From Tubiluchus corallicola (Eukaryota; Animalia; Priapulida): a stretch of DNA of 61,436 nucleotides. Below, piece after piece: positions 34,495 through 46,215 of the stretch. The position numbers and the translations under genes were made by a program. Where the stretch lies: assembly GCA_030141605.1 (NCBI GenBank), contig JAQGDQ010001119.1, positions 1 to 61,436 on the forward strand, given 5' to 3'. Positions within the stretch are counted from its first letter, which is position 1. Each line of letters starts with the position of its first letter. The notes under the pieces are model-generated. The model was not told the origin of the DNA, searched no databases, and saw only the letters and a list, made by a program, of their open reading frames with translations.

Positions 34495-35899
34495 AAATCA
34501 ATAGTTTATGTGCTGACCTCATTGCTGACGGATTTGTAGATGATAATCGTTTATCAGCTAAGAGTGGATATGCTAAATTTAAACTAAATGATGAAATTGA
34601 CTGGAGTGTGTTCAGTATGCGAGTAGATGAGATATCTCATTGTAAAAGTCAGTTGTTTAGCTGATGCGGTAAACTATGTATAACTTGAACTGGTATAATT
34701 TGAATTCTTGCGTATCTCGAACAGATCTTGTGGACCGGATTTTCCTTTCACTTTTCCATTTAATAAACATCGTGTAACTCAGATTATCGCGTAACTTGAA
34801 CCAAATTCCCAGTACAGTTTTTACGAAATGTACTGAAATTATCTTGCCTGACTATTTTATCTATTTTCAAATGAATGACTTACTGGCAACATATTAATAA
34901 TTTGGTTGGCTTAAACTCTGTCATATACATTTTGTGTTATAATAAAATGCAGCTATGACGGACGACCCAAATACTAAACTACGGGGAAAAATGGCAAAAA
35001 TTGAAAAAATCGTAAAAAATGCAAATCTCGAAAATTTTGGGAATCATTTAACAACTTTTATATGGTTTATCAGAAAAATAGTTAAAGAAAGCATTGCTTA
35101 ACACTATTTTAAATTAAATTATATTTTAATCGGTTTTTGAAATCTTAGCAAGTTTTAGATTTTATGATTCTGATTTTAATCTTTAATCACCTTAATTTTG
35201 ACTTCATGTAGTTTTGTTCTTAATTACTGTATAGCAATGATAATTATAAACATTTAATTTTTCTTAATTGTGTATGACTTTTATCAGTACTTTTACCTCT
35301 TAGTATTTTAGTCTAAAATGGTGTTTTACCCCTAATCTAGTTGTGCTATATTTAGTAAATAATTTTTAACTGATTTTTAAGCTTTAAATTTTTCATTTTT
35401 CAATTATACTTCATGAATTTTATGAATTTTAACTTTATGACTCTTATTAGACTTATTTTATGAAACTTATTAACAATAACAATTTAAAATTCCTAATTGT
35501 TGATGCTTGGGGTTTTAATTAAAATGTTCATTTAATTTAATATGTGCTACTAAAGTGTAATTTTCATTTGTTTAATTTCACTTATTTGAAATTATCTATT
35601 TAAAGTGCTAATCATGGATGAACCACCGTGGAAATATTGTATTATATGCAGTTCTGATCCACATCAATGTAAAAAAATGAATTTCTGTTTTATTCTGTTC
35701 TTAGGATGATCCATGATTTGTTTAATGTAAATCCACTTGGCAATTTCAAAGGAGAAGTTGTTTGAAACTTTTTCTCCTATAGGGCCCCGTGTTAGCGAAA
35801 ATTTTAAAAAATCGTAAAAATTAAAATTCAAAATTTTGAAAATCCGCAAAAAGATGATCCTGTGTCTGTTAAATCCACATCCTGACCTGACATTTCTTA

Positions 35900-36400
35900 C
35901 AACTTTGATCCCAATGTGGAGTGTTAGGACTTTTCCTTAGATTTATTATATAACCTGTTGTGACGATGCTTTTGTATTCTTATGTTGGGATTCATACAAG
36001 GATCATTTCCGTTTTGTTTGATTTGGGATAGATCCACAACACAGTTTGTAAATGCATCAATAATTAACTTGCATGTTTGGTTTACATTGAGAGTTATTAA
36101 AGCATCCAGATGACATTTGATAATTGATTTGAAAAATATAAAGTATCAACATTTTCATACTTCAAAACTTTTCTCACGTACCTTTTTACTTAATATATAT
36201 ATAAATTTCATATGGCTCAATATAGGACAGTGTCTGCATGCATCAGCAGTCACTGTCTGTACAAACATCCCAATAAACCAGTTTTGAGTATTTGTAATGA
36301 TAAGAACTAAACATGATTTTGACTCTGGTGAAATGTGAGTGGCTTCGTTTATTAATTGAAGCAGACGATAATTACGTAAATGATACAAAATCTGATTCAA
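35900..36400 (-). mobile_element. LINE endonuclease-region remnant (mirror of 25055..25550)
   Basis: ORF 36155..36400 has the same translation as 25055..25300. Confidence 0.7.
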
Positions 36401-36834
36401 CTCTTCTCTTCCCCTCCCATTTCCTCTCTTATTGCATTTCGATCTATTCTATTTTATTCTACTTCTTTCTATACTGTTGCCTTTTTGTTCTTTCTAATCT
36501 AATTTGCAGTTTGCTCCTCGCGGATAGTGTTAAGTGTTTTATATTTGCCCTTGTGTGGTTTCCGCATCAGCTAACGCCAGTGCCACATACAAAAGCCCAA
36601 TCTTTTGACACCTAGCAAACAAATACATAGCCAATAACGTTTTCGAAAGTGTATGTTCTGCAGAAATCTGCTTTTCAATATGTTATTAGTTTAGGTGTTG
36701 AGGTAACATTAGCTAGGTGGTAATGTTAACACAGCAAGCAACAGGAGAAGCCTAATTGAACACTATACAGTTTGACAGACAAAAAAACACGCAGACTGGT
36801 ACCCTGTCAATTAGCGTACAGACATTTATGAAAA

Positions 36835-36893
36835 ATGCAAATATATTTACAAAGTAATCGACCATCATAACATATCGGCATTGTAGTATAAAA
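36835..36893 (+). promoter_or_regulatory. Putative IR core promoter (octamer plus TATA)
   Basis: ATGCAAAT at 36835-36842 and TATAAAA at 36887-36893. Confidence 0.5.
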
Positions 36894-36993
36894 GTGGTCA
36901 GCTGAAAACATTTTCATCTTCGCTGCATAGTCATATGATGACTGTATAACGTGAATCAGCTAAGGTTAATAGTTCGATTCTCCAAAGCAAAAA

Positions 36994-38376
36994 ATGTCGT
37001 TTGCATCATTTCTCAAAACGTGTGCCATTGTTTTTTATTTCCTTGAATGTTTTTGCATCAAAGGAACGTTGTGTAAAACTAAAACAGGGACTGAAAATTG
37101 CAACAGTTTGTATAACCAGTACAATTTAGATGCGTTTTATAATAAAAACTCCAGAACACAGGGTTATTCACTCCACGGAGAGATGCTTCGAGTGGGAGCA
37201 TGGAGAGATGATGCTACGAAGCCATATCTAGATCAGCTGCTCACGATGCTTAGCCAAGCAGCAAACTTCACGTACAAGGTGACATACATCAAACATTTGG
37301 AAACTCCGGAAAATATAATTGATACAGGAGAATTCGACTTGTTATTGGGCTTAGTCATAATGTTACCAGAAAGAGCAAAAAGCATGACGTTTCTTCACCC
37401 ACTTGCTTATAATTCTCAGGTATTTATCACAAAAAGACATCAGTTACAAGGTTTCAATATAATAGACCCATTCACCACACTCGTGTGGCTGCTTCTGGTA
37501 TTATATGGCATAGTTGTGGGTACAATACTTTACCATATTGACTACAGCAAAAACCTGCCGTACAACGAGGAAGGGATTACGAAATGCAACAACTGCCAAA
37601 GAAAACTGGAAAAACCAGTGATAAAGAATGAACGTAAGGCGTACTTTACTCGGTTCACACTATCGTCGTACCTCCAACAAGGTGGAACATATTTACCACA
37701 ATGTTTATCCGCTAGGATGCTTATCGGATGGTGGTGGATTTTTGCTTGCATCATCACAGCCATGTACACGGGCACACTGGTTAGTAAATTATTTGTAAGT
37801 AAGCAAGTTTATCCATTCACTACATTGCAAGAGTTGAAAGACAGCGACATAGTTCCTGTTACACTAGGTCAGTTGGCCGCCACCATGCAAATGAAAAACA
37901 GACCGGAATTTAGACAACTGTGGCAGAGAATGAAAGCGGATGCTAATGTACCTGCTAACAATGAAGCAGTGGCATTAGAGCTGACAGCTACTGGAAAATA
38001 CACCTTCTTCGCGGAAGAGACTTATGCAAAGCTCTCCTTAATTAAGGATTATGAATTACATGAAAAATGCAGATTTTCTGTTTCCCCGTTGTTGAAATTT
38101 TCGTCACCATCATCATTAGTTGTACCAAAGAAAAGTAACTACACTGATGTCCTAAATTTTGCTCTTGTTACATTAAAAGAGCACGGTCTTGTGGATGAAC
38201 TGCTACAACAATTACTGCAACCATCGGAAAAATGTTTAGACTCACCTGTTCAGCATGTAGGCACGTTATCAATTAATGTGGAGCAACTTGACGTAGTTTT
38301 TTGGGGGTTGGTATCTGGAATCGGTGTAGCATTGTTTACATTTATTAGTGAGCTTGCTTACAAGAAATTTACGTGA
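36994..38376 (+). CDS. Intronless IR, paralog C, right-arm copy
   Basis: 460-aa ORF, mirror of 23079..24461. Confidence 0.92.
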   Translation: MSFASFLKTCAIVFYFLECFCIKGTLCKTKTGTENCNSLYNQYNLDAFYNKNSRTQGYSLHGEMLRVGAWRDDATKPYLDQLLTMLSQAANFTYKVTYIKHLETPENIIDTGEFDLLLGLVIMLPERAKSMTFLHPLAYNSQVFITKRHQLQGFNIIDPFTTLVWLLLVLYGIVVGTILYHIDYSKNLPYNEEGITKCNNCQRKLEKPVIKNERKAYFTRFTLSSYLQQGGTYLPQCLSARMLIGWWWIFACIITAMYTGTLVSKLFVSKQVYPFTTLQELKDSDIVPVTLGQLAATMQMKNRPEFRQLWQRMKADANVPANNEAVALELTATGKYTFFAEETYAKLSLIKDYELHEKCRFSVSPLLKFSSPSSLVVPKKSNYTDVLNFALVTLKEHGLVDELLQQLLQPSEKCLDSPVQHVGTLSINVEQLDVVFWGLVSGIGVALFTFISELAYKKFT

Positions 38377-40319
38377 AAAGCAACAGATATTGTACTAACC
38401 CTTCAATCTCCAATCATTTACCCTTTTCAAGGTCATCAATAACTGCTGCTTGTTGGCTGATCTCAAACAGTTTTCTTATCTAATGATGCTAGTACACGTG
38501 CAGCTAAAAATGAAGTGTGCCATGCAGTTCAGCATTGTGATAATGCATTGTCACTGATTTGACACATTTAATCCAAAAATTTCAGGCTGTTTCCTTCAAA
38601 TAACCTTGTGTATTGTGAAATGTTTCTTCAGCCATGAAAAGCATCTGGAAAAGTCAGATTAGACAAACTTCATCTTTCAAAACACCTACTTTCACACTTT
38701 TATATTCCTTGATTAGCATAAAGTTTTCCCATTACATGGTCGAACCACATTGGTGTAACATGTTCTTGTAATAGTTTCCTAAAGGTGGCAGCACTTTATA
38801 ACATGTGCTTTACGTAATAGGTATATCAAGATGTAACATGGGTGTACTAAAAGTGGGATAAGTCATAATACGTCATAAGCCATTTATTTTACATAACACC
38901 TTTACAACAACTTTGTGTAGCAAAATATGATATTGTGTTCTGCAGCAAACAAGACCAGGCCATACTCTGCTATAGTATTCTTTCACTTGTTCAATGTTGA
39001 ATGTCAACAATTTAACATGATGCTCAAACCAGTGTGACATCCCCGTGAGAGTCAGTAAGCCAACATAGAACTTAGTTCCTCAGCCTAGCAAGAATCCAGC
39101 TTGTTGTCTGTTAACCTATTAAAGGTTGTACAACAACTTCACACTCACAGAATAAATCTGTGCATCTAGGCAATGTATGTAACTCCAGGCTTACATAGAA
39201 CGTACTTCCTCAGGTTAGCAAGAATGCAGCTTGTTGTCTGTTAACCTATTAAAGGTTGCACAACAACTTCACACTCACAGAATAAATCCGTGCATCTAGG
39301 CAATGTATCTAACTCCGGGCTTACATAGAACGTACTTCCTCAGCCTAGTGAGTTGTGTCTACCATGAGTACTTTTCTTACTTGCTCAGGCTTATTTGAAA
39401 TATTGTTCCTTAGCCTGTATTGAGCTGTACTAACTAGTACTTACCAGGTATTTATCAAGCTGCTCATTAGAGCAAGAACATATTCGTCGTCTGTGGTTAC
39501 TACTGACCTAATTGCTGATGGATTTGTACATGATAATTAGCAGTCAGCTAAGAGTGGATAAGCTAAGTGGAAAGTAAATGATGAAATTTATTGGCGTATG
39601 TTCCATATGTGAGCAGATGAAATATCTCATTGTAAAACTCAGTTGTTTATCTGATACAGTAAACTACGTATAATTTGAACTGGTATAACTCGAATTCTTG
39701 CGTATCTCGAACTGGTCTCCTGGACCGGATTTTTTCCTTTCATTTTTCCCTTTAATAAAACATCGTGTAACTCAAAATCTGTAACTCAAACTATCGCATA
39801 ACTTGAACCAAATTCCAACTGATTTTTAATCTTTAGATGTTTCATTTTTCAATTATACTTCATGAATTTTTTGAATTTTAACTTTATGACTCTTATTAGA
39901 CTTATTGTCTGAAACTTATTTTAATAAATTTAAAATTCTTAACTCTCGATGCTTGGGGTTTTAATTAAAATGTTCATTTAATTTAATGTATGCTATTAAT
40001 GTGTAATTTTTACTTGTTTAATTTCACTTATTTGAAATTATCTATTTAAAGAGCTAATCATGCATGAACCATCGTGGAAATATTGTATTATATGCAGTTC
40101 TGATCCACATCCATGTAAAAAATAAATCTCTGTTTTATTCTATTCTTAGGATGATCCATGATTTGTTTAGTGTGAATCCACTTGGCGTTCTCCTACAGGG
40201 CCTCGTGTTAGCGAAAATTTTAAAAAATTCGTAAAAATTCAAAATTTTGAAAATCCCAAAAAATATGAATCTGTGTCTATTAATTCCACATCCTGACCAG
40301 ACATTTCTTACAACTTTGA

Positions 40320-40820
40320 TCCCAATCTGAAGTGTTAGAAGTTTTCCTTAGATTTATTATACAACCTGCCACAATGATGTTTTTGTGTTCTTATGTTGGG
40401 ATTCATTAAAGGATCATTTCCGGGATGAACCATTACTGTTTGATTTGGGATAGATCCACAATACACTTTGTAAATGCATCTATAATTAACTTGAATGTTT
40501 TGCTTACATTGAGAGTTATTAAAGCATCCAAATGAAACTTGATAACTGATTTGGAAAAATATAAAGTATCAACATTTTGATACTTCTAAACTTTCCTCAC
40601 ATACCTTTTTCTTAATATACATATAAATTTCATATGGCTCAATATAGGACAGTGTCTGCATGCATCAGCAGTCGCTGTCTGTACAAACGTCCCAATAAAC
40701 CAGTTTGGAATATTTGTAATGATAAGATCTAAACATGATTTTGACTCTGGTGAAATGTGAGTTGGTTCGTTTATTAATGGATGCAAACGTTAATTACGTA
40801 AATGATACAAAATCTAGTTC
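40320..40820 (-). mobile_element. LINE endonuclease-region remnant (mirror of 20610..21100)
   Basis: ORF 40586..40786 has the same translation as 20640..20840. Confidence 0.7.
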
Positions 40821-41241
40821 AACTCTTCTCTTCTCCTTCCATTTCCTCTCTTTGCATTTTGATCCATTCTTCATTATTCTACTTCATTTTATACTGTTGC
40901 CTTTTTGTTCTTTCTAATCTAATTTGCAGTTTGCACCTCTCTGATAGTGTTAAGTGTTTTATGTTTGCTCTTGTGTTGTTTCCACATTCGCTAGCGCCAG
41001 TGCCGCATACAAAAGCCAAATCTTTTGATACCTAGCAAACAAATACATAGGCAATAACGTTTTCGAAAGTGTAGAATGTTCTGCAGCATTCTGCTTTTCA
41101 ATATGCTGTTAGTTTAGGTGTTGAGGTAACATCAACTTCAGCAGGCAACAGAAGAAGCCTAATTGAACACCATACAGTTTGACAGAAAAACAAACACGCA
41201 GAATGGGCTCCTGTCAATTAGCGTACAGACAATTACGATTA

Positions 41242-41297
41242 ATGCAAATATATTTACAAAGTAATCGACCACAACACATTGGCATTGTAGTATAAAA
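41242..41297 (+). promoter_or_regulatory. Putative IR core promoter (octamer plus TATA)
   Basis: ATGCAAAT at 41242-41249 and TATAAAA at 41291-41297. Confidence 0.5.
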
Positions 41298-41398
41298 GCG
41301 GTTAGCTGAAAACATTTTCATCTTCGCTGCATAGCCATATTATGACTGTATAACGTGAATCAGGTTAACGTTCATGATTCGATTTTCCAAAGCAAAAA

Positions 41399-42781
41399 AT
41401 GTCATTTGCATCATTTCTCAAAACGTGTGCCATTGTTTTTTATTTCCTTGAATGTTTTTGCATCAAAGGAACGTTGTGTAAGACTAAACCAATGACTGAA
41501 AATTGCAACAGACTGTATAACCAGTACAATTTAGATGTGTTTTATGGTAAAAACTTCAGAACACAGGGTTATTCACTCCATGGAGAGATGCTTCGAGTTG
41601 GAGCATGGAGAGACCATCCGATGAAGCCATATCTAGATCACCTGCTTCCGATGCTCAGCCAAGCAGCAAACTTCACGTACAAGGTGACGTACATCAAACG
41701 TTTTGAAACTCCAGAAAATATAATTGATACAGGAGAATTCGACTTGTTTTTGGGCTTAGTCACCATGTTACCAGAAAGAACAAAAAGTATGACGTTTCTT
41801 CACCCACTTGCTTATAATTCTCATGTATTTATCACAAAAAGACATCAATTACAAGGTTTCAGTATAGTAGACCCATTCACCACACTCGTGTGGCTGCTTC
41901 TGGTATTATATGGCATAGTAGTGGGTACAATACTTTACTATATTGACTACAGCAAAAACCTGCCATACAACGAGGAAGGGATTACGAAATGCAACAACTG
42001 CCAAAGAAAACTGGAAAAACCTGTGATAAAGAATGAACGTAAGGCGTACTTTACTCGGTTCACACTATCGTCGTACCTACAACAAGGAGGAACATATTTA
42101 CCACAATGTTTATCCGCTAGGATGCTTATCGGATGGTGGTGGATTTTTGCTTGCATCATCACAGCCATGTACACGGGCACACTGGTTAGTAAATTATTTG
42201 TAAGCAAGCAAGTTTATTCATTCTCTACGTTGCAAGAGTTGATAGACAGCGACATAGTTCCTGTTACACTAGGTCAGTTGAGCGGCACCATGCAAATGAA
42301 AAACAGACCAGAATTTAGACAACTGTGGCAGAGAATGAAAATGGATCCTAATGTACCTGCCGACAGTGCAGAGACGGCATTAGAGCTGACATCTACTGGA
42401 AAATACACATTCTTCAACGAAAAGACTTATGCAAAGATCCACTTAATTAAGGATTATGAATTACACGGAAAATGCAGATTTTCCATTGCTTCATCTTTAA
42501 GTTTTTCGACACCATTAGCATTAGTTGTACCAAAGAAAAGTAACTACACTGATGTCCTAAATTTTGCTCTTGTTACATTAAAAGAACACGGTCTTGTGGA
42601 TGAGCTGCTACAACAATTACTGCAACCTTCGGAAAAATGTTTAGACTCACCTGTTCAGCATGTAGGCACATTATCAATTAATGTGGAGCAACTTGACGTA
42701 GTTTTTTGGGGGTTGGTATCTGGAATCGGTGTAGCATTGTTTACATTTATTAGCGAGCTTGCTTACAAGAAGTTTATGTGA
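41399..42781 (+). CDS. Intronless IR, paralog B, right-arm copy
   Basis: 460-aa ORF, mirror of 18645..20027. Confidence 0.92.
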   Translation: MSFASFLKTCAIVFYFLECFCIKGTLCKTKPMTENCNRLYNQYNLDVFYGKNFRTQGYSLHGEMLRVGAWRDHPMKPYLDHLLPMLSQAANFTYKVTYIKRFETPENIIDTGEFDLFLGLVTMLPERTKSMTFLHPLAYNSHVFITKRHQLQGFSIVDPFTTLVWLLLVLYGIVVGTILYYIDYSKNLPYNEEGITKCNNCQRKLEKPVIKNERKAYFTRFTLSSYLQQGGTYLPQCLSARMLIGWWWIFACIITAMYTGTLVSKLFVSKQVYSFSTLQELIDSDIVPVTLGQLSGTMQMKNRPEFRQLWQRMKMDPNVPADSAETALELTSTGKYTFFNEKTYAKIHLIKDYELHGKCRFSIASSLSFSTPLALVVPKKSNYTDVLNFALVTLKEHGLVDELLQQLLQPSEKCLDSPVQHVGTLSINVEQLDVVFWGLVSGIGVALFTFISELAYKKFM

Positions 42782-45149
42782 AAATCAATAGATATTGTAC
42801 TAACCCTTCAATCTCCAATCATTTACCCTTTTCAAGGTCATCAATAACTGCTGCTTGTTGGCTGATCTCAAACAGTTTTCTTATCTAATGATGGTAGTAC
42901 ATGTGCAGCTAAAAATGAAGTGTGCCATGCAGTTCAGCATTGTGATAACGCATTGTCACATATTTGATGCATTTAATCCACAATTTCAGGCTGCTTCCTT
43001 CAAATAACCTTGTGTATTGTAAAATGTTTCGTCGGCCGTGAAAAACATCTGGAAAATTCGATTAGACAAACTTTATCTTTCAAAACACCTACTTTCACAC
43101 TTTTATATTCCTTGATTAGCATAAAGTTTTCCCATTACATGGTCGAACAACATAGGTGTAACATGTTCTTGTAATAGGTATATCAAAATGTTACATGGTG
43201 TACTAAATGCGGGATAAGTCATAATACATCATAAATTATTTATTTTACATAACATCTTTACAACAACTTTGTCTAGCAAAATATGATATTGTGTTCTGCA
43301 GCAAACAAGACCAGGCCATACTCTGCGATAGTATTCTTTTACTTGTTCAATGATGAATATCAACAATTTAACATGATCTTCAAACCAGTATGACATCGCC
43401 ATGAAAGTCAGTAAGCCAACATAGAGCTTAGTTCCTCAACCTAGCAAGAGCGCAGCTTGTTGTCTGTTAACCTATTAAAGGTTGCACAACAACTTCACAC
43501 TCGCACATTAAATCTGTGCATCTAGGAAATGTATCTAACTCCAGGCTTATATAGAATGTACTTCCTCAGCCTAGGGAGTTGTGTCTACCAAGAGTACTTT
43601 TCTTACTTGCTCAGGCTTATTTGAAATATAGTTCCTTAGCCTGTATTGAGCTGTACTAACTAGTACTTACCAGGTATTTATCAAACTGCTTATTAGAGCA
43701 AGAACATATTCGTCGTCTGTGGTTACTACTGACCTAATTGCTGACAGATTTGTACATGATAATTAGCTGTCAGCTAAGAGTGAATAAGCTAAATGGAAAG
43801 TAAAAGATGAAATTGATTGGAGTATGGTCCATATGAGAGTAGATGAGATATCTCATTGTAAATGTCAGTTGTTTATCTGATACGGTAAACTATGTATAAT
43901 TTGAACTGGTATATAACTCGAATTCTTGCGTATCTCGAACTGGTCTCCTGGAACGGATTTTTTCCTTTCATTTATCCCTTTAATAAACATCGCTTAACTT
44001 GAATTATCGCATAACTTGAGCCAAATTCCCCGTACAGTTTTTAAGAATCTGATTGAAATTACCTCGCCTGTCTGGAACAGCCTCCCAAGCGAGAAGTCCT
44101 ATGTGAAAGCGTTCACCACATTACGATTCTAACGGCTAGTTTCAGCCAAAATGCTAAATTTCTTGTGCTACCTTAGTAGAACGCTGCACACGACGTGGCT
44201 TAGCAAACATGGTTTAATGTATGTCATAATATTATTATTGCCGAATTGTATTAACCGTGCTACTCAGACTACAATACATGACGTAGACTTGGTGAGATTC
44301 TGCCATATACATTTTGTATTATAATAAATTGCAACTATGACGGATGACCCAAATATTAAACTAAAGAAAGCATTGCTTAATAATATTCTAAATTAAATTA
44401 TATTTTAATCTGTTGTATCATTTTTGAAATCTTAGTAACTGTTAGATTTTATCATTCTGATTTTAATCTTTAATCACCTTAATTTTGACTGTATGTAGTT
44501 TTGTTCTTAATTACTGTTTAGCAATGATAATTATAAACATTTAATTCTTTCTTAATTGGGTATGACTTTTATCAGTACTTTTACTTTTACTTATTAGTAC
44601 TTTTAGTCAAATAATTTTTAACTGTTTTTTTAATCTTTAAATTTTTCATTTTTCAATTATTGTTTATGAATTTTAACTTTATGACTCTTATTTGACTTGT
44701 TTTCTGAAACTTATTAACATTTTAAAATTCCTAACTCTTAATGCTTAGGGATTTAATTAAATGTTTATTTTATTTATTATGTGCTGTTAATGTGTAATTT
44801 TTATTTGTTTAATTTCACTTTTTGAAATTATCTACTTAAAGTGATAATCATGCATGGACCATCGTGGAAATATTGTATTGTATGCAATTCTGATCCACAT
44901 CCATGTAAAAAATAAATTTCAGTTTTATTCTATTCTTCTTAGGATGGTCCGTGACTCGTTTTGAGTAAATCCACTTGGCGATTTCTAAGGAGATGTTGTT
45001 TGATACTTTTTCTCCTAGGGGTCCCATTCTAGAGAAAATTTAAAAAATTGTAAAAATTCAAAATTTTGAAAATCCGCAAAAAGATGATTCTGTGTCTGTT
45101 AATTCCACATCCTGACCTGACATTTCTTACAGCTTTGATCCCAATGTGG

Positions 45150-45640
45150 AGTGTTGGGAGTTTTCCTTAGATTTTTTATATAACCTGTTGCGACGAAGCT
45201 TTTGTGTTCTTATGTTGGGATTCATCCAAGGATCGTTTCCAGGATGAACCATTACTGTTTGATTTGGGATAGATTCACAACACAGTTTGTAAATGCATCA
45301 ATAATTAACTTGCATGTTTGGTTTATACTGAAAGTTATTAAAGCACCCAGATGACATTTAATAATTGATTAGGAAAAATATGAAGTTGATACTTCTAAAC
45401 TTTTCTCACATGCCTTTTTACTTAATACATATATAAATTTCATATGGCTCAATATAGGACAGTGTCTGCATGCATCAGCAGTCACTGTCTGTACAAACGT
45501 CCCAGTAAACCAGTTTGAAATATTTGTAATGATAAGATCTAAACATGATTTTGACTCTGGTGAAATGTGAGTGACTTCGTTTATTAATTGATGCAGACTT
45601 TAATTACGTAAATGATACAAAATCTGATTCAACTCTTCTC
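45150..45640 (-). mobile_element. LINE endonuclease-region remnant (mirror of 15790..16290)
   Basis: Reverse complement of the left-arm remnant. Confidence 0.65.
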
Positions 45641-46054
45641 TTCCCCTCCCATTTCCTCTCTTATGGCATTTTGGTCTATTCTTTTTTATTCTACTTCGTT
45701 CAACAGTTTTGCACTTTCGTTCTTTCTAATCTAATTTGCAGTTTGCACCTCGCGGTTAGAGCTTAGCGTAGTATATTTGCTCTTGTGCAGTTTCCGCATC
45801 TGCTAGCACTAGATCCGCATACAAAAGCCAAATCTTTTGATACCTAACAAACAATTGTATAGGCAATATCGTCTTTGCAATAGATTCTTCTTTGCAATAT
45901 ATTATTTGGTTAGGTGTTGAGGTAACATTAGCTAGGTGGTAATATTAACACAGCAGGCAACGCAAGAAGCCTAATTAAACACTAGACAGTTTGACAGATA
46001 AAACAAACATGTAGACTGGCACCCGGTGAATTAGCGTACAGACTATTATGATTA

Positions 46055-46110
46055 ATGCAAATATATTTACAAAGTAATCGACCATAACATATTAGCATTG
46101 CAGTATAAAA
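46055..46110 (+). promoter_or_regulatory. Putative IR core promoter (octamer plus TATA)
   Basis: ATGCAAAT at 46055-46062 and TATAAAA at 46104-46110. Confidence 0.5.
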
Positions 46111-46215
46111 GTGGTCAGCTGAAAACATTTTCATCATCATCCTCCCTGGATAAGCATATTATGATTGTATAACGTGAATCAGCTAAAGTTTATGACTCAA
46201 TGTTCCAAAGCAAAA

